From IMG/VR virus record IMGVR_UViG_3300031853_000031, positions 4,579 to 68,578 of that record: a DNA stretch of 64,000 bases. One strand, given 5' to 3'. Each line of letters opens with the position of its first letter. Within the stretch, counting starts at the first letter, position 1. The stretch comes from a virus. Taxonomy: Duplodnaviria; Caudoviricetes. The position numbers were made by a program, and so were the translations under genes. This document shows, piece by piece, positions 8,718 to 16,989 of this stretch. The notes beneath the pieces were generated by a model. It worked only from the letters and a program-made list of their open reading frames with translations, did not search any database and was not told where the DNA came from.

Positions 8718-9097
8718 GTACGGTAATAAGAAACGAAGTATCCAAGTCCAACCCCTACTATCTCCCAAAGCACCGTTATCTGGAGCTTAAGCACTTCTGC
8801 CTGCAGTATCCTGATTGGAGAAAGGAATACGGAGCTATTATATTTGAGAAAGATGATGACTTTGACCCGACCGGCAAGAAGGCTGTAAGGCTTAAGATGC
8901 TGACGGATAGGATGGCTATGGTGGAAGAGACTGCTAAAGAGGTAGATCCAGTATTAGCAGAGTATCTCTTTTTTGCTGTAACGGGAGATAAGTCCTATAC
9001 ATACCTTAGAACAGCTATGAATATACCCTGTGGCAAGAATCTATACTACGACCTTTACAGGAAGTTCTGGTGGCTACTTAGTAAGAAACGGGAGTAG
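8714..9097 (+). CDS. RinA/ArpU-like transcriptional regulator
   Basis: ELKHFCLQYPDW; C-terminal HTH-like SYTYL...IPCGKNLYYDLYRKFWWLL. Confidence 0.55.
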   Translation: MSTVIRNEVSKSNPYYLPKHRYLELKHFCLQYPDWRKEYGAIIFEKDDDFDPTGKKAVRLKMLTDRMAMVEETAKEVDPVLAEYLFFAVTGDKSYTYLRTAMNIPCGKNLYYDLYRKFWWLLSKKRE

Positions 9098-9157
9098 ACG
9101 CAAGAAAAGCAGTGGTTATAATGAACCACTTAACTTGTTAAAAGAAAGGAGAATATT

Positions 9158-9367
9158 ATGAGCAAGTTAAAAAGAGAGACGTTAATGACATTAGTTGATG
9201 AGATAGGAGCGTATAATGATGCGGTATTGAAACTCTTCAAATGCATGGAAGAGGAAAAGATCGGCAAAGATAAACCACTGCTCCTACTCAAACAGTTGGA
9301 GGTCAGTGTACACGGTCTCAACCTTAACGAAGCCGTATCCAAAGTTTTGGACGAATTAAGTGAGTAA
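9158..9367 (+). CDS. Hypothetical early protein
   Basis: Promoter 9099; RBS GAAAGGAG; GAAA-loop hairpin follows. Confidence 0.7.
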   Translation: MSKLKRETLMTLVDEIGAYNDAVLKLFKCMEEEKIGKDKPLLLLKQLEVSVHGLNLNEAVSKVLDELSE

Positions 9368-9475
9368 ACTTATAAGGGCTCTGCCAGAAATGGCATCCCT
9401 TATAAACTTTTCGCAAAAATTACACCTCTTATAATAGAATCAAGAGGAATATTTTATTATAGGAGGTATGTTATC

Positions 9476-9691
9476 ATGATTAAATATTATATTACACTGG
9501 CTGTAGCAGGTATTTGTAACGCTATGGGCATTCTGATTGGAATGTTCTGTAGATTTCTTACCAATAACGGGATTAATATCCCTGAGGTAGTAACCATGCA
9601 GAATGTGTCCAAGGCATGTTTCCTGGTGTTCATTATCATGTTGGTCATTATGAATATTATGTTAATTATCGAAAGAAAACACAATAAGTAA
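9476..9691 (+). CDS. Small two-TM protein
   Basis: Promoter 9412; RBS AGGAGG; hairpin repeat at 9703. Confidence 0.75.
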   Translation: MIKYYITLAVAGICNAMGILIGMFCRFLTNNGINIPEVVTMQNVSKACFLVFIIMLVIMNIMLIIERKHNK

Positions 9692-9771
9692 ACTCTGATC
9701 AAGTCCTGAGCAAGACTTTAAACTGCTCATTATTTTTTTTTCGCAATAATTACATTCCTTATAATGAAGGA

Positions 9772-10215
9772 ATAATGTAAGGTTTGAGAGACCAACCTTA
9801 AAGATGGATTAAGCCATTGATAAATGGTAGCGTAGCCGTATCGCTAGGCTTGCTTAAATATCCTGGGCGTTAGGTCATTATTTCTACAAAATTATGTAGA
9901 CAAGTTATCACACGGACACGTGGTGGTGGCTACCTAATAATCGTTGATGAAGGGTTATTAGAGTGACGCAGATGATAATCGTAAGTCGGGCAGGCAATAA
10001 ACTGAAAAGGTGTTATTGTTTAAACTACAGATTTTGGGAACAGATATTATGTATGGCTGTTACGATAGTTAGGTGATCGAAAGTGAGCATGAACTCTTAT
10101 GAGGTGAGAAACCTGAACTGTGTGGCTATAAATCGAGCCATTGACGCCAGTATCTCTGAAGGCTGGTGGGCAGCGTTTGATGCGTGCGGTCCTAAGCATA
10201 GTATTTATTTTTTTT
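9772..10215 (+). ncRNA. Putative large structured ncRNA 4 (about 440 nt)
   Basis: Downstream of promoter 9742; no ORF of 60 aa or more; many stems (TAAGGTT/AACCTTA, GTAGCC/GGCTAC, TCTACA/TGTAGA, CTAATAAT/GTTATTAG, GGCAATAA/TTATTGTT, TGGCT/AGCCA, GCCAG/CTGGT); shares a module with ncRNA 1; ends at a T-run. Confidence 0.7.
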
Positions 10216-10235
10216 CTTAGAAAGGAGGTGAAATC

Positions 10236-10505
10236 GTGTTAACTAATATTATATTTTTGGCTGTTGGAGTTTTTGTAACGGTGTGGGCTTTTATCATACT
10301 AGACAGACTTACCGGCATTAGGAACAAACCCGTAGGTGAGCTTCAGGTGGATACAGAAAAGGAGATAGTCCAGTTAGTTTTCTATTCTACTCAGGACCTG
10401 CATCTCTCTATCCATGATAAGACCAGAGTGACCTTTGACGTGGTCCATAAGAGTCTGGATTTTAAGATCCCGGAAGAGTTCACGCAAGGAAAACAGAGCC
10501 TATAA
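10236..10505 (+). CDS. N-terminal TM hypothetical protein
   Basis: RBS AAAGGAGG; GTG start. Confidence 0.7.
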   Translation: MLTNIIFLAVGVFVTVWAFIILDRLTGIRNKPVGELQVDTEKEIVQLVFYSTQDLHLSIHDKTRVTFDVVHKSLDFKIPEEFTQGKQSL

Positions 10506-10547
10506 TGAAGGTGTTGTTAAGCATTATCCAAAGAAAGGAGTTATATC

Positions 10548-10997
10548 ATGGATAAGATTGCTGAGAATCACGAAGAACTTATTGAGAAGTTGCAGGCGCA
10601 TTTGCTTAAGCTGGATCCGGGTGATCCGCAGTATGGTAAGTTGCAAGCACGGTTGGATGCCATGATGAGGCAACGGAGTACAGACTTTAGAAACGAGCTT
10701 GACGCTATTGAGAACAACGAGCGTCTTGAGTTCGATCGCTGGAAAGCTGAGAAGGAAGCAGAAGAGAAAGCTGCTCAGAGAAAGGCTGACCAGGAGAAAA
10801 CCGAGAAGGAGTATGAGATCAACAAGGTCAAGAACAGGAATGATAAAGTCAGGAATGTTGTTGAATTCTTAAAGACTGGCTTCACCGTTTGCGTACCTGC
10901 CGCGTTAACCTGGGTGTTGGCAAAGAAGGAGATGGATCCTGTCGAACCGATCAATGTTAGACAAAGGATTTGGAATCTGATTCCAAAGATTAAGTAA
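10548..10997 (+). CDS. Charged coiled-coil protein with C-terminal hydrophobic segment
   Basis: Promoter 10483; RBS GAAAGGAG. Confidence 0.75.
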   Translation: MDKIAENHEELIEKLQAHLLKLDPGDPQYGKLQARLDAMMRQRSTDFRNELDAIENNERLEFDRWKAEKEAEEKAAQRKADQEKTEKEYEINKVKNRNDKVRNVVEFLKTGFTVCVPAALTWVLAKKEMDPVEPINVRQRIWNLIPKIK

Positions 10998-11125
10998 CTA
11001 TTGGTAATTGCATGAAAACACACTTTATAGCCTCTGTCAGAAATGACAGGGGTTATATTTTTTTCGCAAAAATGACAGCTGTTATAGTAGGAACCTATGG
11101 AATATTATTAATGGAGGTATTTAAT

Positions 11126-11371
11126 ATGAAGGTATACGTGTTAGTAAGCAAGTATAATGAGAACGACAAGCCGAGGTTTACAACTGATGTATTTCAGTCT
11201 TACGGAGAAGCTAATGACGCGGCGTTTGAGCGGATTAATAAAATAATCGGAGAGGATTATGTGTTTGATCGTGAAGCGTCGACAACAAGAGTGAAAATCG
11301 TAAGAAAAGTAGATTCAGGTTGGCTTGGTAGGGTTACTCACAGGTTTGTAATCACGGAAAACGAACTCTAA
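11126..11371 (+). CDS. Hypothetical early protein
   Basis: Promoter 11065; RBS GGAGG precedes ATG 11126, so the track start at 11012 would run through the terminator and promoter. Confidence 0.7.
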   Translation: MKVYVLVSKYNENDKPRFTTDVFQSYGEANDAAFERINKIIGEDYVFDREASTTRVKIVRKVDSGWLGRVTHRFVITENEL

Positions 11372-11467
11372 ACCTGTTCCTAGTCCTGAGCAAGACTTTA
11401 AACTGCTCATTATATTTTTTTCAATAATTACAGAGGCTATAATAGAAAAGCAAAGGAGGTAACAATT

Positions 11468-11680
11468 ATGAACCTAAAGTCGGAAGTAGCTTTGTACGAT
11501 TCCATGGTTGAAACTGAAGATTTGATTGAAAATATTCAAGGGAGGATTTATGGTTTTACAACAATCCCCCTTGAGGAAAGAGATGAGCTTTCAAGGAAAC
11601 TGTATGAGATTCGTATGAAGTTAGTAGATTATTCTAATGCATTAGGTGAGTCGTTAGTTATTATGGAAGCTTTTGATTAA
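11468..11680 (+). CDS. Acidic helical hypothetical protein
   Basis: Degenerate promoter 11420; RBS AAAGGAGG. Confidence 0.7.
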   Translation: MNLKSEVALYDSMVETEDLIENIQGRIYGFTTIPLEERDELSRKLYEIRMKLVDYSNALGESLVIMEAFD

Positions 11681-11729
11681 GGTAATAGTCCTGAGCAAGA
11701 CTTTAAACTGCTCATTATATTTTTCGCTT

Positions 11730-12035
11730 ATGACTTACAAAATCTACAAATGTGACCATTCTGTGTATTCTACATGTACATTATATTTTCATAAAGGTAA
11801 AGGACTAGCCATCATCCAGCAACGCTTTAACAAGAGGCTTAAGGTAACGTTCTGGTCGTCTGTTGACAAGGATTTAGCTGCAGAGATCGCTTATCATGAG
11901 AAGTTCTATGAATATTTCGTTGCTGAAGCAGGCTTCGCTAATGATGGATTATATCCTACCAAGACTATTAGACAGGTTATGTGGGCTCTTAAGATGAAAC
12001 CACTAAAGAAACATCCTTGGGAGACTCGTTGGTGA
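11730..12035 (+). CDS. Hypothetical protein
   Basis: First in-frame ATG after the hairpin repeat; no clear RBS or promoter. Confidence 0.5.
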   Translation: MTYKIYKCDHSVYSTCTLYFHKGKGLAIIQQRFNKRLKVTFWSSVDKDLAAEIAYHEKFYEYFVAEAGFANDGLYPTKTIRQVMWALKMKPLKKHPWETRW

Positions 12036-12100
12036 GTTCGCAAGAATAACAAAGGCTATAATGAAACCTGTTGGTGAGTTGAAGAAAGGAGTACATGTAA

Positions 12101-12172
12101 ATGGAAATGTTGGCGGTTTTCATGATCGCTTTGGGAATTTATATTCTCTATAAAGAGCATACAAAAACCTGA
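12101..12172 (+). CDS. 23-aa hydrophobic peptide MEMLAVFMIALGIYILYKEHTKT (not in ORF track)
   Basis: Own promoter 12039; RBS GAAAGGAG; downstream hairpin and T-run. Confidence 0.6.
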   Translation: MEMLAVFMIALGIYILYKEHTKT

Positions 12173-12286
12173 AGCAAATCATGAATAGGACTAAAGGAGG
12201 CTTTACAGTCTCCTTTCTTTTTCGCAAGAATAACACCTCCTATAATAGGTACAAGTTGATGTACATATTAAGAAAGGAGAACCATT

Positions 12287-12409
12287 ATGGTAAGTATTTT
12301 TGCGGGAGTTGTATTAGGTATCGCTTTAGTAGCGATGATACCGGCAGCAGAAGCCGTAAGTACAGAATTCCAGAAAGGAGAAATCCTTCTGAAGTACAAT
12401 CACGAGTAA
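12287..12409 (+). CDS. 40-aa hydrophobic peptide MVSIFAGVVLGIALVAMIPAAEAV... (not in ORF track)
   Basis: Own promoter 12223; RBS GAAAGGAG; GAAA terminator at 12414. Better supported than track ORF 12181-12447. Confidence 0.65.
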   Translation: MVSIFAGVVLGIALVAMIPAAEAVSTEFQKGEILLKYNHE

Positions 12410-12522
12410 ACGATAAGGAGCTTTGTAGAAATTACAAGGCTCCTTAGTTCTTCCGCAAAAATAACATCTCATATAATGAAGCGTATAGTGTGCTTCGTTA
12501 TATTTTAAAGGAGGATTTTATT

Positions 12523-12762
12523 ATGAAGAAATTAATATTCAAGCTGTCTATGTTAGCTGGAGCAAGCACCGCAGCTGGATGGGGTGGCTATTTTTGGTCT
12601 ATGAAAAACTTCAAGAACGGACATCTTAAAGAAGGCGTCCTGATTGGAACGATCACAGCCATTATAGCTACCGTCCTATCTGTTTGGGGCGGACAGAGAG
12701 CAATAGAGTGGACGAGTGAAGCATTAATAAACAACTCCAAAAAGGAGGAAGCAAGCGCTTAA
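12523..12762 (+). CDS. Small two-TM protein
   Basis: Promoter 12454; RBS AAAGGAGG precedes ATG 12523. Confidence 0.7.
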   Translation: MKKLIFKLSMLAGASTAAGWGGYFWSMKNFKNGHLKEGVLIGTITAIIATVLSVWGGQRAIEWTSEALINNSKKEEASA

Positions 12763-12845
12763 AACCAAGAAGAGGATTAGTAGAAATTACTAGTCCTCTT
12801 AGGTTTTTGCAAGACTTTGCGAGAAGCAGAAAGGAGTGTTGAAAA

Positions 12846-13058
12846 GTGGATCGCATTATTATTAAGTCAAAGCTCTTTAGATGGGTGTTAAGCAAGGTCA
12901 TCAAGAGAGCCATTAACAAGTCGTGTGGAGTAGACTCGGGGTTTACTCTGCATAGCTTTAACTTAGGGCATGACGATGGGGTAACCAAGATTACAGCCTG
13001 TTTCACCATTGAGGCGAGTGATGAAGACATTGTTAAGTTGTTTAAGGAGGAAGCTTAG
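12846..13058 (+). CDS. Hypothetical protein
   Basis: RBS GAAAGGAG; GTG start. Confidence 0.6.
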   Translation: MDRIIIKSKLFRWVLSKVIKRAINKSCGVDSGFTLHSFNLGHDDGVTKITACFTIEASDEDIVKLFKEEA

Positions 13059-13062
13059 AATA

Positions 13063-13458
13063 ATGGAAAGAACTAGAAGAATATTATATTTAATTATGAT
13101 GCTTGGAATCTTATCAGCTGAAGTATCATCTTGTAAGGCACACGCTTCCACAAAGACCATTGTCCCAATGGGCGAATTTCTGATCACCGCCTATTGTCCC
13201 TGCGAGGAGTGCTCAGAGGGTTACGGTCGTAAGACATCAACCGGTCATACAGCCCGAGCGGAGCATACCATAGCGGTTGACCCGTCAGTCATAAACTATG
13301 GTAGCAAAGTCAAAATCGGAAAACGCACATATGTAGCCGAAGACTGTGGCGGTAAAGTCAACGGTGACCATATTGATGTGTTCTTCGATTGTCATGAAGA
13401 GGTTGAAGGGTTTGGAAAGAAGTATAAGAATGTCTTTGTTGTGAAAGGAGAAAAGTGA
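13063..13458 (+). CDS. 3D-domain (MltA-like) cell-wall protein with N-terminal signal or anchor
   Basis: ITAYCPC, TSTG, TIAVDPSVI.YGSKV, AEDCGG and HIDVF (three Asp motifs); RBS AAGGAGG. Confidence 0.85.
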   Translation: MERTRRILYLIMMLGILSAEVSSCKAHASTKTIVPMGEFLITAYCPCEECSEGYGRKTSTGHTARAEHTIAVDPSVINYGSKVKIGKRTYVAEDCGGKVNGDHIDVFFDCHEEVEGFGKKYKNVFVVKGEK

Positions 13459-13889
13459 TGGGTGAACTGTATTATGAAAACGCAACTGGTTCGATGTTTC
13501 GTTCTAAGTCGGTTGAAGAGATTAGAAAGCGAATGGGAGAAATAGCTAAGAACTCAGAAGAGTCGTTACAGGCTGAGGGTTATTTGAGTGGTAAGACCGT
13601 CCAAGAATTATGTTTTGACGAGTTTTACAAACCATACTCCGGTAATGTTGTTACAGTCGTTGGTAGTTACATCAACGTATACTCCATAGGCGTTGATGTG
13701 TATGTCATTTTAAATGAACCAAACGATCAACCTAGGTCACACGAGGTTGGTGTTATAAGCGAGACGATAGGCAAATTGTTAAATGACAAAACGGAGACCA
13801 TAACTGAAAATAAAGTTTATGAGGCTCTTGATAAGCTGGAGTTAAAGTGTCTTAAGTTCGGCTTTAGTGTAAATATTATAATCCGATAA
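13455..13889 (+). CDS. Hypothetical protein
   Basis: RBS GAAAGGAG; overlaps the upstream stop. Confidence 0.7.
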   Translation: MMGELYYENATGSMFRSKSVEEIRKRMGEIAKNSEESLQAEGYLSGKTVQELCFDEFYKPYSGNVVTVVGSYINVYSIGVDVYVILNEPNDQPRSHEVGVISETIGKLLNDKTETITENKVYEALDKLELKCLKFGFSVNIIIR

Positions 13890-13939
13890 CGCAACAAAAA
13901 CATCTCCTATAATAGGTCGAATGAAAGGAGGACCAAGAT

Positions 13940-14308
13940 ATGAACAAAGAAAACGATACTATTGATATCCGCGAGTTCAAGCGTGAAGCTTTAAAGCGGA
14001 AGGTTAAGGAGAAGCTTGATTGGTGTAAAGACCGAGTCGAAGCCGGAGTTGAGTACATAGAGGAACACAAGGAACTTCTGATTCCAATTGGTGTTGCTCT
14101 TGCTGGAGGTATGAAGAGAGTTATCTCAAGCAGGGCTAAAGCCAAAGAGGAAGAGGAATTCGCGTGTAAGTATTACGACCCAAGGACTGGCAAGACCGAG
14201 TATGCCAGGAAGAAGCCTTCTGTTAAGCAGAGGCTTGAAATCGAACGAAGGTATCAGGAGGGAGAGTCGTATCTCGATATCCTTCACGATATGAGACTGT
14301 TAAAGTGA
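13940..14308 (+). CDS. Hypothetical protein
   Basis: Promoter 13890; RBS AAAGGAGG; terminator 14315. Confidence 0.75.
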   Translation: MNKENDTIDIREFKREALKRKVKEKLDWCKDRVEAGVEYIEEHKELLIPIGVALAGGMKRVISSRAKAKEEEEFACKYYDPRTGKTEYARKKPSVKQRLEIERRYQEGESYLDILHDMRLLK

Positions 14309-14380
14309 CGAGCGAGGAGCTTAGTAGAAATTACTAGGCTCCTTAGCTTTTTCTTAACGAAAGGAGATTATATTTAAGCA

Positions 14381-14653
14381 ATGTCAACTACTATAAACCT
14401 AGAAGATAGAACATTCTACGTTGGAAACTTCGTTCCGACAACAGAAGAGATTATCTGGCTCAGGAGTCAGTTTGAGGGTTATGACTTTGCTCTTGATCCA
14501 AGACCTCTTCAGAACAGGTTCACTATAAGTATGTGGGACGTAGAGCACCCGGAGGCTTTCTTAAAGTGTAATATCTACTACCCATTTGACCTATTCGACC
14601 TTAAGCGGATTATGCAGGCTATGGTCGAGGAAATTGACAGGAGGTGGCGCTGA
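14381..14653 (+). CDS. Hypothetical protein
   Basis: RBS GAAAGGAG. Confidence 0.6.
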   Translation: MSTTINLEDRTFYVGNFVPTTEEIIWLRSQFEGYDFALDPRPLQNRFTISMWDVEHPEAFLKCNIYYPFDLFDLKRIMQAMVEEIDRRWR

Positions 14654-14940
14654 TGTTTTGGACAGTATTACAGGAGTGCTTCCTTATTATATTCTGTATC
14701 TGTTGTGGTATTGCTTGCGAGGGTGATATCACATTTTCAGTGTATGCATTCTTTATGGGGCAGATCATCATTTGGGACAGATGTTATGAACGAAGAGAAA
14801 ATAAAGATACTACCGGTATTTGAAACTTATGTTGACTACGATGGTGACAGCTTTCTTACCGTGAAAAAGGGTCACGCGGACTATCGTAGCGGATGTAGAG
14901 CCCATTAGTGAGGAAATATTATATTTTATAAAGGAGGATA

Positions 14941-15789
14941 ATGAACATGACAACAACAGCAGTAATTTTACCAGAATGTGAACAGATTAAACAGAGGAGA
15001 CTTGAAATGGGGCTTTCTCAGGCAAAAGTCGAAGATAGTCTTGGATGGGGTAGAGGTAACCTTTCCAAATACGAGAAGGGTACTACCAAGATTCCGGCAG
15101 ACCGTAAAGAGGAACTCTGGGAGTTCTATGGTCTGGGTGCTAAGAAGGTCGCTGACTTCTTCGGGTTTAAGGAGACGGAGACACCAAGACCTGTTAAGGA
15201 CACTTCTCGTGGGTCTAGTACTCATAACGCTGAGGGTTATACAGATCCAACTATGGCAGAAGCTCTTAAGAAAGCTATGGCAGCTACCAAGTATACCGAT
15301 CCTCTGCCCGGTGAGGTGTGGACGAACTATAGGAACAACGGAGGCGTCCTTAGCAAGCTGATACTCTCTGTTGAAGGTAATACTGCTTACTGCCTGACAG
15401 TCTTCACTAAAGGTGCCAGCTATGACTTTAAGGTCAAGTGTAAGGCAGGTTTTACATATTATGTAGCCTTCGACAGGATGGAAGCTATCAAACTCAAAGA
15501 CCTTAAGGAAAGAAAGGCTATTATATCCTCTAAGTCTTTCGAAGAGGTTAAGCTTCACTTCGCCGGCTTGATGGGTATTGCTGTTGTAGAAAAGACCGTG
15601 GAGGTACCGGTTGAGGTTGAGAAGGTTGTAGAGAAGGAAGTCGTTAAAGAAGTTCCGGTAGAAGTAATCAAAGAGGTAGAGAGGGAGGCTCCAGTGATCG
15701 ACTCCTTTGAGTTTGAGATGTGCAAGAGGGAGCGTGACATCTACAAGGACATTGTAGACAGACTCTTGCCCTCTAAGACGCTTTTATGA
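14941..15789 (+). CDS. XRE-type HTH protein with C-terminal EVPVEVEKVVE repeats
   Basis: IKQRRLEMGLSQAKVEDSLGWGRGNLSKYEKG is an XRE HTH; E/K/V/P repeats near the C-terminus. Confidence 0.8.
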   Translation: MNMTTTAVILPECEQIKQRRLEMGLSQAKVEDSLGWGRGNLSKYEKGTTKIPADRKEELWEFYGLGAKKVADFFGFKETETPRPVKDTSRGSSTHNAEGYTDPTMAEALKKAMAATKYTDPLPGEVWTNYRNNGGVLSKLILSVEGNTAYCLTVFTKGASYDFKVKCKAGFTYYVAFDRMEAIKLKDLKERKAIISSKSFEEVKLHFAGLMGIAVVEKTVEVPVEVEKVVEKEVVKEVPVEVIKEVEREAPVIDSFEFEMCKRERDIYKDIVDRLLPSKTLL

Positions 15790-15971
15790 ATAGACAAGGT
15801 TTAAAGCCTTACTATCCTCGTTATTGGCCTGACTGGTTTAGTTACCACTATGCTTGTTGGGCCAATAATCATCGGGGATGGCAAAAGGCAAAGAAGAAAG
15901 AACGACGCATGGCTAAGAGGAGGCTTAAGCGGGAATTAAGAAAGGAGATAGAGAATGAACGTATATTTTGA
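15786..15971 (+). CDS. Small basic hypothetical protein
   Basis: Coupled ORF; aromatic N-terminus and K/R-rich C-terminus. Confidence 0.55.
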   Translation: MNRQGLKPYYPRYWPDWFSYHYACWANNHRGWQKAKKKERRMAKRRLKRELRKEIENERIF

Positions 15972-16605
15972 TACGGAATTTACAGGGCTTGTGCCTAACA
16001 CTACGCTGATCAGTATTGGTATGGTAGCGGAAACCGGTGAGAAGTTCTACGCCGAGTTTACCGATTATGATAAGGATTTGGTAACAGACTGGATTCAGAA
16101 AAACGTTGTTGATAAACTTGTGCTGAAACCAAACGAATCAATAATTACTAAAGACTGTTGGATGTTTTCCGGTTCGACAAATTATATTTGGAACAGGTTA
16201 CTTATTTGGTTCGAAAAAATCAGTGGAGCACAGTATGAAACCTTTCAGGATAACGCAAAAGCGTATATCCACCCTGAGCATCTAGGAGAACAAATTCAGC
16301 TAGTTTCAGACGTCTGCCATTACGACATGTACCTGCTTCAAAACCAGGTATTTGGCGGAGCTTTTAATATGCCGGTTAACATCAACCCGGTCTGCTATGA
16401 CATTTGTCAGGATATATGTGCTAGAGAAGTAGCTGGAGACGATTTAAAATGGTACCCCAACATGAACGGTATGGCAGATGCTTTCTATGTGTCAAGAGAG
16501 ATGTTCTGTAAGAAAGTAGCGGGCGATCTTCCTGAAGGTAAGAGGCACAACGCGCTTTATGACGCTAAAGTAATCAAAATGATATATGAAGGGATGAGAA
16601 AATAA
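15955..16605 (+). CDS. DEDDh 3'-5' exo(ribo)nuclease
   Basis: YFDTEFTGL (ExoI), SDVCHYD (ExoII), HNALYDAK (ExoIII). Confidence 0.85.
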   Translation: MNVYFDTEFTGLVPNTTLISIGMVAETGEKFYAEFTDYDKDLVTDWIQKNVVDKLVLKPNESIITKDCWMFSGSTNYIWNRLLIWFEKISGAQYETFQDNAKAYIHPEHLGEQIQLVSDVCHYDMYLLQNQVFGGAFNMPVNINPVCYDICQDICAREVAGDDLKWYPNMNGMADAFYVSREMFCKKVAGDLPEGKRHNALYDAKVIKMIYEGMRK

Positions 16606-16704
16606 TGGGTCTAGCGGCTTGTATAATATGGCTTCTACTCACTGCTTCAGGTTTTGTAAAAGTAAGCAACGATGTTTACTGGATGATCTGGGGCATGATT
16701 GTAA

Positions 16705-16989
16705 TTGCTATGTCGATTGATATACACGGACAGAGACTTACGAACGAGGAGGATGAAGATGAAAATGAGGACTACCGATAATTTATATTTAGTAACAAGA
16801 CATTATGATTTTCTCGTTATTGAGGACATCGATGCATATGGTATTACCAAAGACGGAGACGCCGTATATTTCGATATACTGAAGACTAATGGAGTTCGTT
16901 ATCGTCAGTTTTTTAACAAAGACCTAATACTATATATAGGTAACGACAAACAAGTCTTTGATCAGTTGAAAGGAGGGAACGATGAATGA
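16705..16989 (+). CDS. Hypothetical protein (true start probably at a downstream ATG)
   Basis: ORF track; GGAGG precedes an internal ATG near 16753. Confidence 0.5.
   Translation: MLCRLIYTDRDLRTRRMKMKMRTTDNLYLVTRHYDFLVIEDIDAYGITKDGDAVYFDILKTNGVRYRQFFNKDLILYIGNDKQVFDQLKGGNDE

Larger units (their letters stand above)
8079..11714 (+). repeat. Five copies of the 27-nt hairpin GTCCTGAGCAAGACTTTAAACTGCTCA
   Basis: Copies at 8079, 9703, 11383 and 11688 are identical; 8390 is a variant. TGAGCA/TGCTCA stem; each is followed by a T-run and usually a promoter. Confidence 0.9.

Noticed and set aside
9772-10215. Group I/II intron, RNase P, tmRNA or tRNA
   Set aside because: No group II domain V, group I P7 core, RNase P signature, tmRNA tag or cloverleaf recognised, and no interrupted gene.
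8079-11714. CRISPR array from the 27-nt repeats
   Set aside because: Gaps are about 280-1650 nt, irregular and contain genes with promoters; no cas genes.
11736-11760. Extra CGCAA-type promoter (CAAAATCTACA core)
   Set aside because: Lacks TATAAT and CG and lies in coding sequence; coincidence or relic.
12181-12447. 88-aa track ORF
   Set aside because: Runs through a terminator and a promoter; the RBS points to 12287-12409 in another frame.
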